NCBI GenBank assembly: GCA_039714075.1 | Contig: JBDLKA010000002.1 | Location: 37,234 to 101,233 of the forward strand | Direction of reading: 5' to 3' | Source: Candidatus Krumholzibacteriota bacterium | Lineage (GTDB): Bacteria > Krumholzibacteriota > Krumholzibacteriia > LZORAL124-64-63 | Length of the DNA stretch: 64,000 nucleotides | In this document: positions 1-10,030 of the stretch, piece by piece | How positions within the stretch are numbered: position 1 is the first letter of the stretch | How the letters are laid out: each line of letters starts with the position of its first letter | The notes under the pieces: model-generated | The model's input: only the letters and a program-made list of their open reading frames with translations | Database searches by the model: none | What the model was told of the DNA's origin: nothing | Position numbers and translations under genes: made by a program

Positions 1-477
1 GGCGGGGCGTCCCATTTGTGGCGCTGGCTGGGCGGCGCCAGGTACACGCTGGCCGCCGTGGCGACTCTTTTGAAATACCGGGGACAGGATGTGGCCTGGG
101 AAGTCGGCGGGGTCGAGGGCGGTGCGGAAGAGTTTTTCGGGCGGTTCTTTTTCGCCGAGATCTGCAACGGACCCTTGACCGGTGGCGGCTTTCGTTTCGC
201 ACCCGACGCACGTTTCGACGACGGGCTGCTGGACGCTTGTCTGATCCGCCCGGTGGGCCCGGTGGCCGGTCTGAAACTGCTGCCGGCCGCCTCAAGGGGA
301 GATCGCGTCGAGCACGAGGCCATCAGCGTGGTCCGCTGCCGGAGCCTGGCTTTCACCAGTGACGAGCCGGTGGCGGTCCATCTGGACGGCGAGCCCAAGG
401 TTGTCGCCGCCGGCCGCCATGTGGTCGAAGTCCTGGATGAAAAACTGATCGTACGCATGGGGAAGGGACCGCGATGA
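1..477 (+). CDS. Diacylglycerol/lipid kinase family protein (YegS/BmrU-like), C-terminal part; 5'-truncated by window edge
   Basis: Frame open from position 1; motifs NGPLTGGGFRFAPDARFDDGLLD and VHLDGE typical of the YegS/DAGK C-terminal domain. Confidence 0.85.
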   Translation, partial: GGASHLWRWLGGARYTLAAVATLLKYRGQDVAWEVGGVEGGAEEFFGRFFFAEICNGPLTGGGFRFAPDARFDDGLLDACLIRPVGPVAGLKLLPAASRGDRVEHEAISVVRCRSLAFTSDEPVAVHLDGEPKVVAAGRHVVEVLDEKLIVRMGKGPR

Positions 478-1142
478 TTCTGCGCCCTACAGCAACAATC
501 CGCTTCCTGCCCGCCCAATGCGGTTGGGTGGTCCCGGTTTTGTTCCTGTTGGCGACCGTCTGTGCCGCCGGAGCGCAGGAAGTGGAGCTTCCGGCAGTGG
601 ATCTTCCCGATACCACGGCTATCGAGGATCTGCAGTCCGAGATGCCCCAACCCTCCGCCGGCGCGCTGGATGTCGAAGAAGTCGATCTGTGGTCCACCGG
701 CGTCAGCCCCACCGGCGCGGTGCTGGCCACACCGCTTTTCCCGGGTTGGGGCCAGCTCTATTCAGACAACTCCTGGAAAGCGGCTTTGGCCTACGGCGCC
801 GAGATGTACTTCTGGACCAACATCCTGAGCCGGGACCGCCAGGCCGTGCGGGCCCGGGACCTGGCCAACACCTTTCCCGTGGATGATCCCAATTACACCC
901 GCTACAACGCCATCGCCGAAGAGAGCTGGGAACAGATGCGCGACTTCGCCTGGTGGTCCGGCGGAGTCCTGTTGATCATCGCGCTGGATGCCTACGTGGG
1001 CGCCCATCTGTTCAATTTCGATCGTGACCCCGTGCCGGTCCCCAACCGCTGGGAGGACACCTTCGGTCCGGTGGGCGAAAGCGTGGGAATCAGCGATCCC
1101 GGACCGACGCTGGTGGTTTTCCAGTGGCGAAAGAAGTTCTGA
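474..1142 (+). CDS. Secreted/membrane protein, DUF5683-like
   Basis: N-terminal hydrophobic signal; PLFPGWGQLY motif and later IIALDAYVGAHL segment typical of DUF5683-like proteins; ATGA overlap with upstream gene. Confidence 0.6.
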   Translation: MILRPTATIRFLPAQCGWVVPVLFLLATVCAAGAQEVELPAVDLPDTTAIEDLQSEMPQPSAGALDVEEVDLWSTGVSPTGAVLATPLFPGWGQLYSDNSWKAALAYGAEMYFWTNILSRDRQAVRARDLANTFPVDDPNYTRYNAIAEESWEQMRDFAWWSGGVLLIIALDAYVGAHLFNFDRDPVPVPNRWEDTFGPVGESVGISDPGPTLVVFQWRKKF

Positions 1143-1215
1143 GCCCTATCTTTGAGGGCTGTTCTCAGAATTGGCACGAATCCCTGTCCCATGACCGGAG
1201 CGGATACGAAGCAGC

Positions 1216-3021
1216 ATGGCCTTCAATCGGGAAAAAACACGCAATTTCTGCATCATAGCCCATATCGACCACGGGAAGAGCACCCTGGCCGATCGCCTGC
1301 TCGAGCACACCGGAACGCTCGTCGGCAAGGCCATGCAGGAACAGGTCCTCGATTCCATGGACCTGGAGCGTGAGCGCGGGATCACCATCAAGAGCCATCC
1401 CATCCGCATGGACTACAAGGACGACGCCGGCGAGGCCTGGACCCTCAACCTGATCGACACCCCGGGCCACGTGGATTTCCATTACGAGGTCAGCCGCAGC
1501 CTGGCCGCCTGCGAGGGCGCACTGCTGGTGGTGGACGCCGTGCAGGGCGTGCAGGCCCAGACCATCAACAACATGTATCTGGCCCTCGAGCATGATCTGG
1601 CCATCCTGCCGGTCATCAACAAGATCGATCTGCCCGCCGCCCGCGTGGATTACGTCATGGAACAGTTCATCGACCTGCTGGGTTGCGATCCCGATGAAAT
1701 CCTCCAGGTCAGCGCCAAGACCGGCGAGGGTATCGATACCCTGCTGGGCGCGATCGTCGAGCAGGTGCCCGCGCCGACCGGGGATCCCGACGCCAAACCG
1801 CAGGCCCTGATCTTCGATTCCATCTTTGATCCCTACGTGGGCGCGGTGGCCTATGTCCGCATGTTCGCCGGCACCATCGGCAAGGGCGAAAAGATCAGGC
1901 TGTTCGGCAACGACAAGCAGTTCGAAGTGGGGGACATCGGCTGGTTCCGGCTGGACAGGATTTCCCAGAAATCACTGACCGCCGGCGAGGTCGGCTACAT
2001 CGCCACCGGGGCCAAGGATGTTCGTGACGTGCGGGTGGGGGACACGATTTCCCTGGCCGAGAATTCCTGCGACGAGGCGCTGCCCGGTTATACCGAAGCC
2101 AAACCGATGGTCTTTTCGGGCATGTACCCCACGGACAACGACCAGTACGACGAACTGTTCGACGCCCTGCAGAAACTCCAGATGAACGACGCTTCCCTGA
2201 CCTGGGAAAAGGAGACTTCGGCCGCCCTGGGTTTCGGTTTCCGTTGCGGGTTTTTGGGCCTGCTGCACATGGAGATCATCCAGGAAAGGCTGGAACGCGA
2301 ATACGGGTTGAACCTGATCGCGACTTTGCCCAACGTGGAATACGAGGTGCTGCTCAAGGACGGCACCGTCGAGCTGTGCGAAAACCCCGCCCTGCTGCCG
2401 GAAGCGAAGTTCATCGACGAGATCCGTGAACCCATCGTGCGCGCCTCGGTCATCACGCCCAAGGATTACGTCGGTCCCGTGATCCAGATCTCGCTGGAAA
2501 GGCGGGGCGTCCAGACCAAGATGGAATACCTGGACACCGAGCGGGTGAACATCGAATTCGATCTGCCCCTGAACGAGCTGGTGGTGGACTACTACGACAA
2601 GCTCAAGTCGGTCACCCGCGGATACGCTTCCCTGGACTACGAGTACCTCAAGCACCGCAAGGACGATCTCATCCGCCTCGATATCCTGATCAACGGGGAC
2701 GAGGTCGATGCCCTGACCTGCATCGTGCACCGGGACAACGCCTACAGCTGGGGCTTGAAGCTCTGCCAGAAACTGAAGGAACTGATTCCCCGCCAGATGT
2801 TCGCCGTCGCCATCCAGGCCGCCGTGGGAACACGCGTTCTGGCGCGGACCTCGGTGAAGGCTTTCCGCAAGAACGTGACCGCCAAGTGCTACGGCGGCGA
2901 TATTTCACGAAAGCGCAAGTTGCTCGAGAAGCAGAAAGAGGGCAAGAAGCGCATGAAACAGGTAGGTTCGGTGGAGATTCCCCAGGAAGCCTTCCTGGCG
3001 GTGCTCAAGGTCGAGCGCTGA
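1216..3021 (+). CDS. lepA: Elongation factor 4 (LepA)
   Basis: RNFCIIAHIDHGKSTLADR, DTPGH, NKID; C-terminal KCYGGDISRKRKLLEKQKEGKKRMK. Confidence 0.99.
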   Translation: MAFNREKTRNFCIIAHIDHGKSTLADRLLEHTGTLVGKAMQEQVLDSMDLERERGITIKSHPIRMDYKDDAGEAWTLNLIDTPGHVDFHYEVSRSLAACEGALLVVDAVQGVQAQTINNMYLALEHDLAILPVINKIDLPAARVDYVMEQFIDLLGCDPDEILQVSAKTGEGIDTLLGAIVEQVPAPTGDPDAKPQALIFDSIFDPYVGAVAYVRMFAGTIGKGEKIRLFGNDKQFEVGDIGWFRLDRISQKSLTAGEVGYIATGAKDVRDVRVGDTISLAENSCDEALPGYTEAKPMVFSGMYPTDNDQYDELFDALQKLQMNDASLTWEKETSAALGFGFRCGFLGLLHMEIIQERLEREYGLNLIATLPNVEYEVLLKDGTVELCENPALLPEAKFIDEIREPIVRASVITPKDYVGPVIQISLERRGVQTKMEYLDTERVNIEFDLPLNELVVDYYDKLKSVTRGYASLDYEYLKHRKDDLIRLDILINGDEVDALTCIVHRDNAYSWGLKLCQKLKELIPRQMFAVAIQAAVGTRVLARTSVKAFRKNVTAKCYGGDISRKRKLLEKQKEGKKRMKQVGSVEIPQEAFLAVLKVER

Positions 3022-3062
3022 CCCGGACCCGATATCCTGCAACCGATCAGCCGGGAGTGGAC

Positions 3063-3866
3063 ATGGTCAAGAAATCGAAGAGACGCCCGCAGGACCAGGC
3101 CGTCGCCGCCCAGGGCACGGGTAAAGCCAAGGCGCCCCGGTCGCTGAAGAACACGGCCATCGAATACGCCAAGGCCATCGGCACCGCCCTTTTGATCGCC
3201 CTGGTTCTGCGCCAGTTCCTTTTCCAGGCCTTCCGCATCCCCACGGGGTCCATGCTGGATACGCTGCAGATCGGTGATTTCCTGTTCGTCAACAAGTTCC
3301 TGTACGGGGCGAAGACTCCCGAGCGGATCAGGATCGGCAAGGCCACCCTGATCGACGGCCTGCCCGTGTTGAAACTGCCGGCCATCCGCGAACCGCGTCA
3401 GGGCGACATCATTGTTTTCGAATACCCCAACGACCGGAACCTCGACTACATCAAGCGGTGCGTGGCCGTGGCCGGGGACACCGTTCTGGTGAAAGACGGA
3501 ATCCTGACGGTCAACGGCGAGATCTACGAATCGAACTTCGCCGACATCACGGGCGATCATTCCTGCGTGCCTTCGTGGACCGATCCCGAAAACTGCCCCG
3601 CTCCACGGGCCCGGCACGACCAGGCGGCCTACGTCCGCAACAAGCGCAACCACGCCTGGCCCTGGGCCGGAATGCCGAAATCCTACGTCGTGCCCGAGGG
3701 TCATATCTTCATGATGGGGGACAACCGGTACAACAGCATGGACAGCCGGTACTGGGGCGCCCTGGACAAGAAGCTCATCAAGGGCAAGGCCATGTTCATC
3801 TATTGGTCCTGGAACGGGAACAAGCATCTGCCCCGTGTGAACAGGATCGGGGATTTGATCCGTTAG
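3063..3866 (+). CDS. lepB: Signal peptidase I
   Basis: TM segment then IPTGSM (catalytic Ser), DYIKRC (catalytic Lys), GDNRYNSMDSRYWG; ATG at 3063 after GGGAG; follows lepA. Confidence 0.97.
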   Translation: MVKKSKRRPQDQAVAAQGTGKAKAPRSLKNTAIEYAKAIGTALLIALVLRQFLFQAFRIPTGSMLDTLQIGDFLFVNKFLYGAKTPERIRIGKATLIDGLPVLKLPAIREPRQGDIIVFEYPNDRNLDYIKRCVAVAGDTVLVKDGILTVNGEIYESNFADITGDHSCVPSWTDPENCPAPRARHDQAAYVRNKRNHAWPWAGMPKSYVVPEGHIFMMGDNRYNSMDSRYWGALDKKLIKGKAMFIYWSWNGNKHLPRVNRIGDLIR

Positions 3867-3933
3867 TTCGATCCTTTCAGGTACCACGCGTCCACGAACG
3901 ACGCGTTCAGGAACAACGTGCAGCGGAGCCGCC

Positions 3934-5055
3934 ATGGGACTCTACATTCACGTGCCATTCTGCGGATCGATCTGTTCCTATTGCCATTTTGCCAGGACCG
4001 CCGACCACGGTCCCCGCAGACGCGCTCGTTACGTGGACACGGTGCTCGAGGAATTCGAGCTGCGCCGGCGGAAGTGCCAAACCCTGTCCGCGGGCCGGCG
4101 CCTTCTTCACTCCTGCTATCTGGGCGGGGGCACCCCTTCGGAACTGGAGCCGATGCTCACGGCCCGCCTGCTCGAGGGCACGGTGGGCAAGCTGCCTCTC
4201 GCCGCGGATTTCGAATTGACCGCCGAGGCGAATCCGGAATCCCTGACCGAAGACCTGGCCGCCTCTTGGCGGGATCTGGGCATTGCGCGGGTCAGCCTGG
4301 GGGTTCAGAGTCTGGACGCCGGGGTGCTGGAACTTCTTGGCCGGGCCTGCGACCCGGCCACCGCCCGCGCGGGACTGGAAAGGGCCTGCCGGATCTTTCC
4401 CCGCGTCTCGGCCGATTGGATCATCGGTCCGGGACTGGACGCAGGGACTCTTCTGGCGGAATTGACCGAGGCCGCGGATCTGGGCGTGGAACATTTTTCC
4501 GTCTACATCCTGGAGCTTCATTCCGGCACCCGGTTGGCGACGCTGGCGGAACAAGGGGTCTGGAGTCCGGCGCCCGACCGGGAAACCGAACGGTTGTACC
4601 TGGCGGTGATCGAGCATCTGGCCGACCTGGGCCTGCCTCAGTACGAGGTGGCCAACTTCGCCCGGCCAGGGGCCGAGTCGCGGCACAACCGGAACTATTG
4701 GCTGGGAAAGCCCTGGTTGGGACTGGGTCCGGCCGCTCACGGGTTCTGGGGTCGCCGGCGCTACGCGAATTTCGACAACCTTGATGACTGGCAAGCGGCG
4801 GTGGCTGACGGCCGCCTGCCCGAGGCCGAAGTGGATCCCCTGGACAGGTCGGCCCGGCGCCTGGAACGGTTGATCCTCGCCCTGCGCACCACGCGGGGCG
4901 TCCCTTTGGACTGGCTGCCCCGATGTGGCTGGGACACCGAACAGGGACTGCGGGAAGGTTTGTGGGAGGTCCGGGATGGGCGGTTGGTCCTGACGGGCCG
5001 GGGGTTCCTGAGGATAGATACCATCGAGGAACGCCTGGCCGGGTTGACACCCTGA
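3934..5055 (+). CDS. hemW: Radical SAM heme chaperone HemW (HemN-like)
   Basis: YIHVPFC, CxxxCxxC (CGSICSYC), YLGGGTPS, HNRNYW; lepA-hemW-hrcA synteny. Confidence 0.9.
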   Translation: MGLYIHVPFCGSICSYCHFARTADHGPRRRARYVDTVLEEFELRRRKCQTLSAGRRLLHSCYLGGGTPSELEPMLTARLLEGTVGKLPLAADFELTAEANPESLTEDLAASWRDLGIARVSLGVQSLDAGVLELLGRACDPATARAGLERACRIFPRVSADWIIGPGLDAGTLLAELTEAADLGVEHFSVYILELHSGTRLATLAEQGVWSPAPDRETERLYLAVIEHLADLGLPQYEVANFARPGAESRHNRNYWLGKPWLGLGPAAHGFWGRRRYANFDNLDDWQAAVADGRLPEAEVDPLDRSARRLERLILALRTTRGVPLDWLPRCGWDTEQGLREGLWEVRDGRLVLTGRGFLRIDTIEERLAGLTP

Positions 5056-5073
5056 AATCCCATTGATTACCTT
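5044..5073 (+). promoter_or_regulatory. Putative sigma70 promoter for hrcA-grpE-dnaJ
   Basis: TTGACA (5044) - 18 nt - TACCTT (5068), about 55 nt upstream of hrcA. Confidence 0.45.
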
Positions 5074-5129
5074 GGACGCGGTGACGGGCCGCGGATGACG
5101 GCCTTACGAACATTTTTCAGGTGAGAGGC

Positions 5130-6200
5130 ATGAACCGAAACGAACGTGGAACCGGACCGGACCCCCGGTCACTGGACATCCTCGACGCCATCGTACGTCT
5201 GAATATCGAAACCGGCCGGGCCGTCAGTTCCGGCCTGGTGGAGCGGTATATGCAGCGGCGGGTGTCGTCGGCCACGATCCGTTCGGTCATGAAATCCCTG
5301 GAGACCGCCGGTTTTCTCGAGCAACCCCATACTTCTGCCGGACGCCTGCCCACGGACGCGGGTTTCCGGTCGTTCGTGGACCGTTTGCTTGCGGCCTGGC
5401 CCCTGCAGCGGCACGAAACACCGCCCAGCCTGCGCCGCCTGGCGGACCAGGGCCTCTCGCAGGGCATCCAAACCGGGGACCGTTTCAAGGCGCTGGCCCG
5501 CTTGCTGAGCCGGTTGACGGACAACGTCAGTATCATCGTGGGTCCGGCCCTGGAACCGGTGCGCGTGGTCCGGGTGGAATTTTATCCCCGTTCGGCGCGC
5601 CGGGTCTTGATGGTGGTGGTCCTGGAAAATTCGGAAGTCAGGACCGGGTTGGTGGATTTGCCCGAGGATACCGCCGAACCGGTGCTGGAAGAAGCCGCGC
5701 GGCTGCTGTCCGCAAGGGTCCGGGGCCGCTCGGTGGGCGATATCCGCAAGGACGCTCTCGGGACCGTGGACCTGGTGGGAACCCCCGCTTCCCGGTGCGC
5801 CGCCGCACTTGCCCGGCGGGGTCGGGAGCTGTTCCGGGAATCGAAGGACGTGAAAATCGAATTCGAAGGGGTGGGACATATCCTGGAGGAACCGGAATTC
5901 CATGACCCCGAACCCCTGAAAGCGCTGATCCGGTTCATGGAATCGCCCCTGCAGATCAGGGAATCCCTGGACCGCCTGGATTGTGTCGCCACGGACGAGT
6001 TCAGGGTCTGGATCGGGAGGGAAAATCCCGTGGGCGAACTGCGGCGCTTTTCCCTGTTGACCGGTCGGTATGACCTGGACGGCAGGCCGGGTCTGCTGGC
6101 GGTGCTCGGGCCGCGCAGGATGTCCTACCAGCGGGCCTTCCACGGCATGGAAATCCTGCGCCGGGTCATTGGGGAATCCCAGGGATCACTTGCAAGTTGA
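5130..6200 (+). CDS. hrcA: Heat-inducible transcription repressor HrcA
   Basis: VSSATIR...LEQPHTSAGRLPTDAG and C-terminal LGPRRMSY motifs; upstream of grpE; alternative GTG start at 5121. Confidence 0.95.
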   Translation: MNRNERGTGPDPRSLDILDAIVRLNIETGRAVSSGLVERYMQRRVSSATIRSVMKSLETAGFLEQPHTSAGRLPTDAGFRSFVDRLLAAWPLQRHETPPSLRRLADQGLSQGIQTGDRFKALARLLSRLTDNVSIIVGPALEPVRVVRVEFYPRSARRVLMVVVLENSEVRTGLVDLPEDTAEPVLEEAARLLSARVRGRSVGDIRKDALGTVDLVGTPASRCAAALARRGRELFRESKDVKIEFEGVGHILEEPEFHDPEPLKALIRFMESPLQIRESLDRLDCVATDEFRVWIGRENPVGELRRFSLLTGRYDLDGRPGLLAVLGPRRMSYQRAFHGMEILRRVIGESQGSLAS

Positions 6201-6299
6201 AGCCAACAAGTTGAAGCAGACCTTTCCGGGGCCGACGGTTTGGAGGGTGCCATCCCCAAACCCGGTAGCCGGTGTTTTCGAGCTAGAAAGAAGAATGAA

Positions 6300-6911
6300 A
6301 TGACCGAACCCCGAGACAAGGAAACGGATTCCCGCCCGGACGATGAGGCCGCGGAGGAAACCGCAGCGCCGGAGCAGGCCGCCGAAGAGCAGGTGGGAGA
6401 ACCCCGGATCGACGACGACCAGGTTGAAGCGGAATCCGCCGAACCCGTCGAACTGTCGGCCGAGGAGATCCTGCGCAACGAACGCGACTCCTTTGAGCAA
6501 AAGTGGCTGCGCGTGGTGGCTGAACTGGACAACGTCCGCAAGAGGTCGCGCCGCGAAATCCTGGAGACCAGACGGTTCTCCCAGGCGGAAATCCTGCGCT
6601 CCCTGCTGGAGGTCCAGGACAATTTTGAAAGGGCCTTGCAATCGGCCGGTGATAGCTCCGATACTGGCGAAGCCGAGGCGTTCCGCGAGGGCGTGGAGCT
6701 CATTTTCCAGAAATTCCGGGCCATCCTGAAAGACAAGGGTGTCCAGCCCATGGAAGCGCTGGGTGTCGAATTCGATCCCACCTTTCACGAAGCGGTGGGG
6801 CAGCTCCCCCGCGAGGATACCGAATCCGGCCAGGTCATCGAGGTCATCCAGCAGGGATTCCATTTCGGCGACATGGTGCTGAGACCGGCCAAGGTCATCA
6901 TTTCCAGTTAA
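6300..6911 (+). CDS. grpE: Nucleotide exchange factor GrpE
   Basis: LRVVAELDNVRKR, DNFERAL, FDPTFHEAV, VLRPAKV; ATG at 6300. Confidence 0.97.
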   Translation: MTEPRDKETDSRPDDEAAEETAAPEQAAEEQVGEPRIDDDQVEAESAEPVELSAEEILRNERDSFEQKWLRVVAELDNVRKRSRREILETRRFSQAEILRSLLEVQDNFERALQSAGDSSDTGEAEAFREGVELIFQKFRAILKDKGVQPMEALGVEFDPTFHEAVGQLPREDTESGQVIEVIQQGFHFGDMVLRPAKVIISS

Positions 6912-6920
6912 GAGGAACGA

Positions 6921-8066
6921 ATGAGCAACAAGCGGGATTATTACGATGTGCTGGGCGTGGGACGCGACGCCGACAACGGGGAGATCAAGAAGGCCTACCG
7001 CCAGAAGGCCATCAAGTTCCATCCCGACAAGAATCCCGATGACGAATCCGCCGCGGAAAAATTCCGGGAAGCCACCGAGGCCTACGAGGTTCTCCGGGAT
7101 TCCCAGAAAAGGTCCCAGTACGACCAGTTCGGACACATGGACCAGAACGCCGGTTTCGGTGGCGCGGGCGGTTTTGGCGGGGCCGACGGTTTCAACGTCG
7201 ATCTGAACGACGCCCTGGAAAGCTTCCTGCGGAATTTCGGCATGGGGGGCATGGGTGGAGGGTTCTCCGATGTGTTCGGCGGCGGCGGTGGCGGTGGCCG
7301 GCAGCGGGGGCGCAGTCTCCAACTCGAACTTTCGGTGACCCTGCTCGAGGCCGCGCAGGGCGCCAAGAAAACGGTCAAGCTCAACAAGCAGGTCGCCTGT
7401 TCCGAATGTGAAGGGACGGGCGCGGCGGCGGGCAGCAAGCCGGTGACCTGTTCCCAGTGCCGGGGCCAGGGCCGCGTGCGTCAGGTGCGCCAGTCCCTGT
7501 TGGGCCAGATGATGACCGAAGGCGTGTGCCCCCAGTGCCAGGGCCAGGGCTCGGTGGTGGAGACGCCCTGCGGGGAGTGCCGCGGCACCGGCACGGTCCG
7601 GGGCGAGGAAACCCTCAGCCTCAAGGTTCCCGCGGGGGTAAGTTCCGGCAACTACATGGAGCTCAAGGGCAAGGGCGATGCCGGCCCCGCCGGAGCCCCG
7701 GCCGGTGACCTGCGGGTGATTTTCGAGGTCCAGGAAAACGAGCTTTTCCAGCGTCACGGAGACGATCTGCTGATCGACGTGCCCCTTTCGCCGGTGGATC
7801 TCATGCTCGGCACCAAGGTGGAGGTCCCCACGCTGGAGGGTAAGGTTTCCCTGAAGGTTCCCGCCGGAACGCAGAGTCACAAGATTTTCCGCATGAGGAA
7901 CAAGGGCATTCCCCATGTCAATCGTCCCGGCTCGGGTGATCAGCTGGTGCGGGTGCTGGCCTGGACCCCGGAGAAACTCGATCGCGATATGAAAAAGAAG
8001 CTGGAGGCGGTCCGCGATGATCTCGCCGGCCGGATTCCCGCCCCGGGACGGCACCTCTACGAATAA
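6921..8066 (+). CDS. dnaJ: Molecular chaperone DnaJ
   Basis: J domain with HPD, G/F-rich region, four CxxCxGxG repeats. Confidence 0.98.
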   Translation: MSNKRDYYDVLGVGRDADNGEIKKAYRQKAIKFHPDKNPDDESAAEKFREATEAYEVLRDSQKRSQYDQFGHMDQNAGFGGAGGFGGADGFNVDLNDALESFLRNFGMGGMGGGFSDVFGGGGGGGRQRGRSLQLELSVTLLEAAQGAKKTVKLNKQVACSECEGTGAAAGSKPVTCSQCRGQGRVRQVRQSLLGQMMTEGVCPQCQGQGSVVETPCGECRGTGTVRGEETLSLKVPAGVSSGNYMELKGKGDAGPAGAPAGDLRVIFEVQENELFQRHGDDLLIDVPLSPVDLMLGTKVEVPTLEGKVSLKVPAGTQSHKIFRMRNKGIPHVNRPGSGDQLVRVLAWTPEKLDRDMKKKLEAVRDDLAGRIPAPGRHLYE

Positions 8067-8083
8067 CCCTGCCGCCCCTGCCG

Positions 8084-8869
8084 ATGGGAGGCCCCTTGCG
8101 CCAGTTCTTCTTGGCAACCGACCCGGACCAGCTTCCCCGACCCGGGGACCAGGTTACCCTCGGCCGTGATGAAAGCCATCACCTGTCCACTGTTTTGCGC
8201 GGGGGGCGGGACCTGGTCATCGAACTGGTGGACGGCCGCGGCCACCGGATGACCGGCCGGCCGTGCGGCCGTGACGGGAAAACGGCCCGGATTGAAATCC
8301 TTACCCTGACCAGGGACATCGAGGAGTTCCGTGAGCCGCGACTGGTGGTGGCCTGCGCGGTGGTCAAGGGGAAACGGTTCGAATGGGCCCTGGAAAAGGC
8401 CGTGGAACTCGGCGCCCACGAGTTCCTCCCTCTGGAGACGGACCTCGGGGTGATCGACCCGCGACCCGGCAAACAGGATCGCTGGCGCTCCATCATGACG
8501 GCCGCGCTCAAACAGAGCGGGAGGTCGTATCTTCCATTTCTCTCCGAACCCCTGCCCGTCAAGGATGTCCTGGCCCGCTGCTCCGCCGGACCGGTTTATT
8601 TCGGCGCGGCTCCCGCTGACGGGGAAGCACTCCGGAGTGGGGCTCCCTTCTGGACCGATATCCTGGACGAGGGCAAGGAGAAGTCGCCTTCGCAGCTGAC
8701 GGTTCTCATCGGTCCGGAGGGCGGTTGGTCCCCCGCCGAACTTTCTTTGCTGTCCCGGGATGGAACGCAGGCCATCAGCATGGGACCGCACGTCCTGCGC
8801 ACCGAAACGGCCGTCCTGACGGGGCTGGCCATTCTGCAGGCTCTGCGGGACAGGTGGGGTTCGGACTGA
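8084..8869 (+). CDS. rsmE: 16S rRNA m3U1498 methyltransferase RsmE
   Basis: HHLSTVLR, EKAVELG, IGPEGGWS, MGPHVLRTETA. Confidence 0.95.
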   Translation: MGGPLRQFFLATDPDQLPRPGDQVTLGRDESHHLSTVLRGGRDLVIELVDGRGHRMTGRPCGRDGKTARIEILTLTRDIEEFREPRLVVACAVVKGKRFEWALEKAVELGAHEFLPLETDLGVIDPRPGKQDRWRSIMTAALKQSGRSYLPFLSEPLPVKDVLARCSAGPVYFGAAPADGEALRSGAPFWTDILDEGKEKSPSQLTVLIGPEGGWSPAELSLLSRDGTQAISMGPHVLRTETAVLTGLAILQALRDRWGSD

Positions 8870-8985
8870 TTCGCCCGTGCGGGGAGACAGGCGTGGCCTG
8901 GTCTTGACAGGCGGCCTGACGCGAGCTTTCATGATCAAGTCGGGGCTGTGAGCACAGGGAATAATCAACCAGGAAGGTGAAACGC

Positions 8986-9441
8986 ATGGCCAAGAGTGAA
9001 GTCGCAGCCAGGCTGCAGCAGGAAGTCGTGGCGGCCATGAAGGCCAAGGACAAGGCCCGGCTCGGTGTGTTGCGCATGCTGCAGGCGGCGGTCAAGCAGG
9101 TGGAAGTGGACCAGCGGAAGGAACTCGAGGACGATGATGTCCTGAAAATCCTCACTTCCTATGGCCGCAAGGTCAAGGACCAGATCTCCAGTTACGGCGA
9201 TGCCGGGCGCGATGAACTGAAGGCGGCCGCGGAGGTGGAGCTGACCATCGTGTCAGAATTCCTGCCCGCCGAAATGACGGACGAGGAACTTGCCGCGGTC
9301 ATCGCCGCGGCGGTGGCCGAGACCGGAGCGTCCGGTCCCCAGGACATGGGCAAGGTCATGAAAGCCGTTCTGGCCCGGACCACCGGGCGCGCCGACGGCG
9401 GCCGCGTGAGCGCCCTGGTCAAGAAAAGCCTGGTCGGTTGA
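8986..9441 (+). CDS. GatB/YqeY domain protein
   Basis: AMKAKDKARLGVLR, FLPAEMTDEEL, DMGKVMKAV...GRADG; alternative GTG start at 8977. Confidence 0.93.
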   Translation: MAKSEVAARLQQEVVAAMKAKDKARLGVLRMLQAAVKQVEVDQRKELEDDDVLKILTSYGRKVKDQISSYGDAGRDELKAAAEVELTIVSEFLPAEMTDEELAAVIAAAVAETGASGPQDMGKVMKAVLARTTGRADGGRVSALVKKSLVG

Positions 9442-9442
9442 C

Positions 9443-10030
9443 ATGAATTTTCCCCTTTTAATGGCTTTGGCCGCCATCATCGCCTTCGGGATCCTGGGTT
9501 TCCGGGACGGCGTGGTCAAGCGCATCCTCGAAATCACCGGGGTGCTGGTGAGCCTCATCCTGACCGCCCGTTTCGCTTCGGCGGTCCAGCCCTGGATCAT
9601 GGACAAGACCGGCATGAACGAAGGGGCCTCATTGCTGGTGACGTGGGCGGTCCTTTTCTTCGTGGGCCTGGTTCTGAGCCGGATACTCGCCACCTTCATC
9701 AGCAAGGCCCTGCGGTTGACCGTCCTGGGTTGGCTGGACAAGTGGGGGGGCGCCCTGGTCGGCCTCGCCTTCGGCACGCTCGTGACCAGCGTCATCCTGG
9801 TGGCGGCCACCCAGGTTCCGGGCGGACGGCCCATCCAGACGGCCTACGACAAATCCCCCCTGGGCCAGTTCATCTACTATGCCGCCCCGGTGGTCTACGA
9901 ACAGGCGCGCAAGCTTTCGGGGGGGCAGGTCGAAGAAATCTGGGACCGGGCCCTGGACAAGGCCAAGGAGTCCGGGGGTAAGGTCAAGGAGGAAGTCGGC
10001 GAGGCCGTCGACGAGGCCGTAAACGAATGA
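9443..10030 (+). CDS. CvpA family membrane protein
   Basis: GFRDGVVK, four hydrophobic segments, WLDKWGGALVG; directly upstream of mutS2. Confidence 0.88.
   Translation: MNFPLLMALAAIIAFGILGFRDGVVKRILEITGVLVSLILTARFASAVQPWIMDKTGMNEGASLLVTWAVLFFVGLVLSRILATFISKALRLTVLGWLDKWGGALVGLAFGTLVTSVILVAATQVPGGRPIQTAYDKSPLGQFIYYAAPVVYEQARKLSGGQVEEIWDRALDKAKESGGKVKEEVGEAVDEAVNE

Noticed and set aside
1171..1190. TTGGCACGAATCCCTGT upstream of lepA resembling a sigma54 -24 box or CIRCE half-site
   Set aside because: No TTGC at -12 and no matching inverted CIRCE arm.
8870..8985. Possible rpsU upstream of yqeY, as in many genomes
   Set aside because: The gap is only about 110 nt, with a TTGACA promoter-like element and no S21 ORF.
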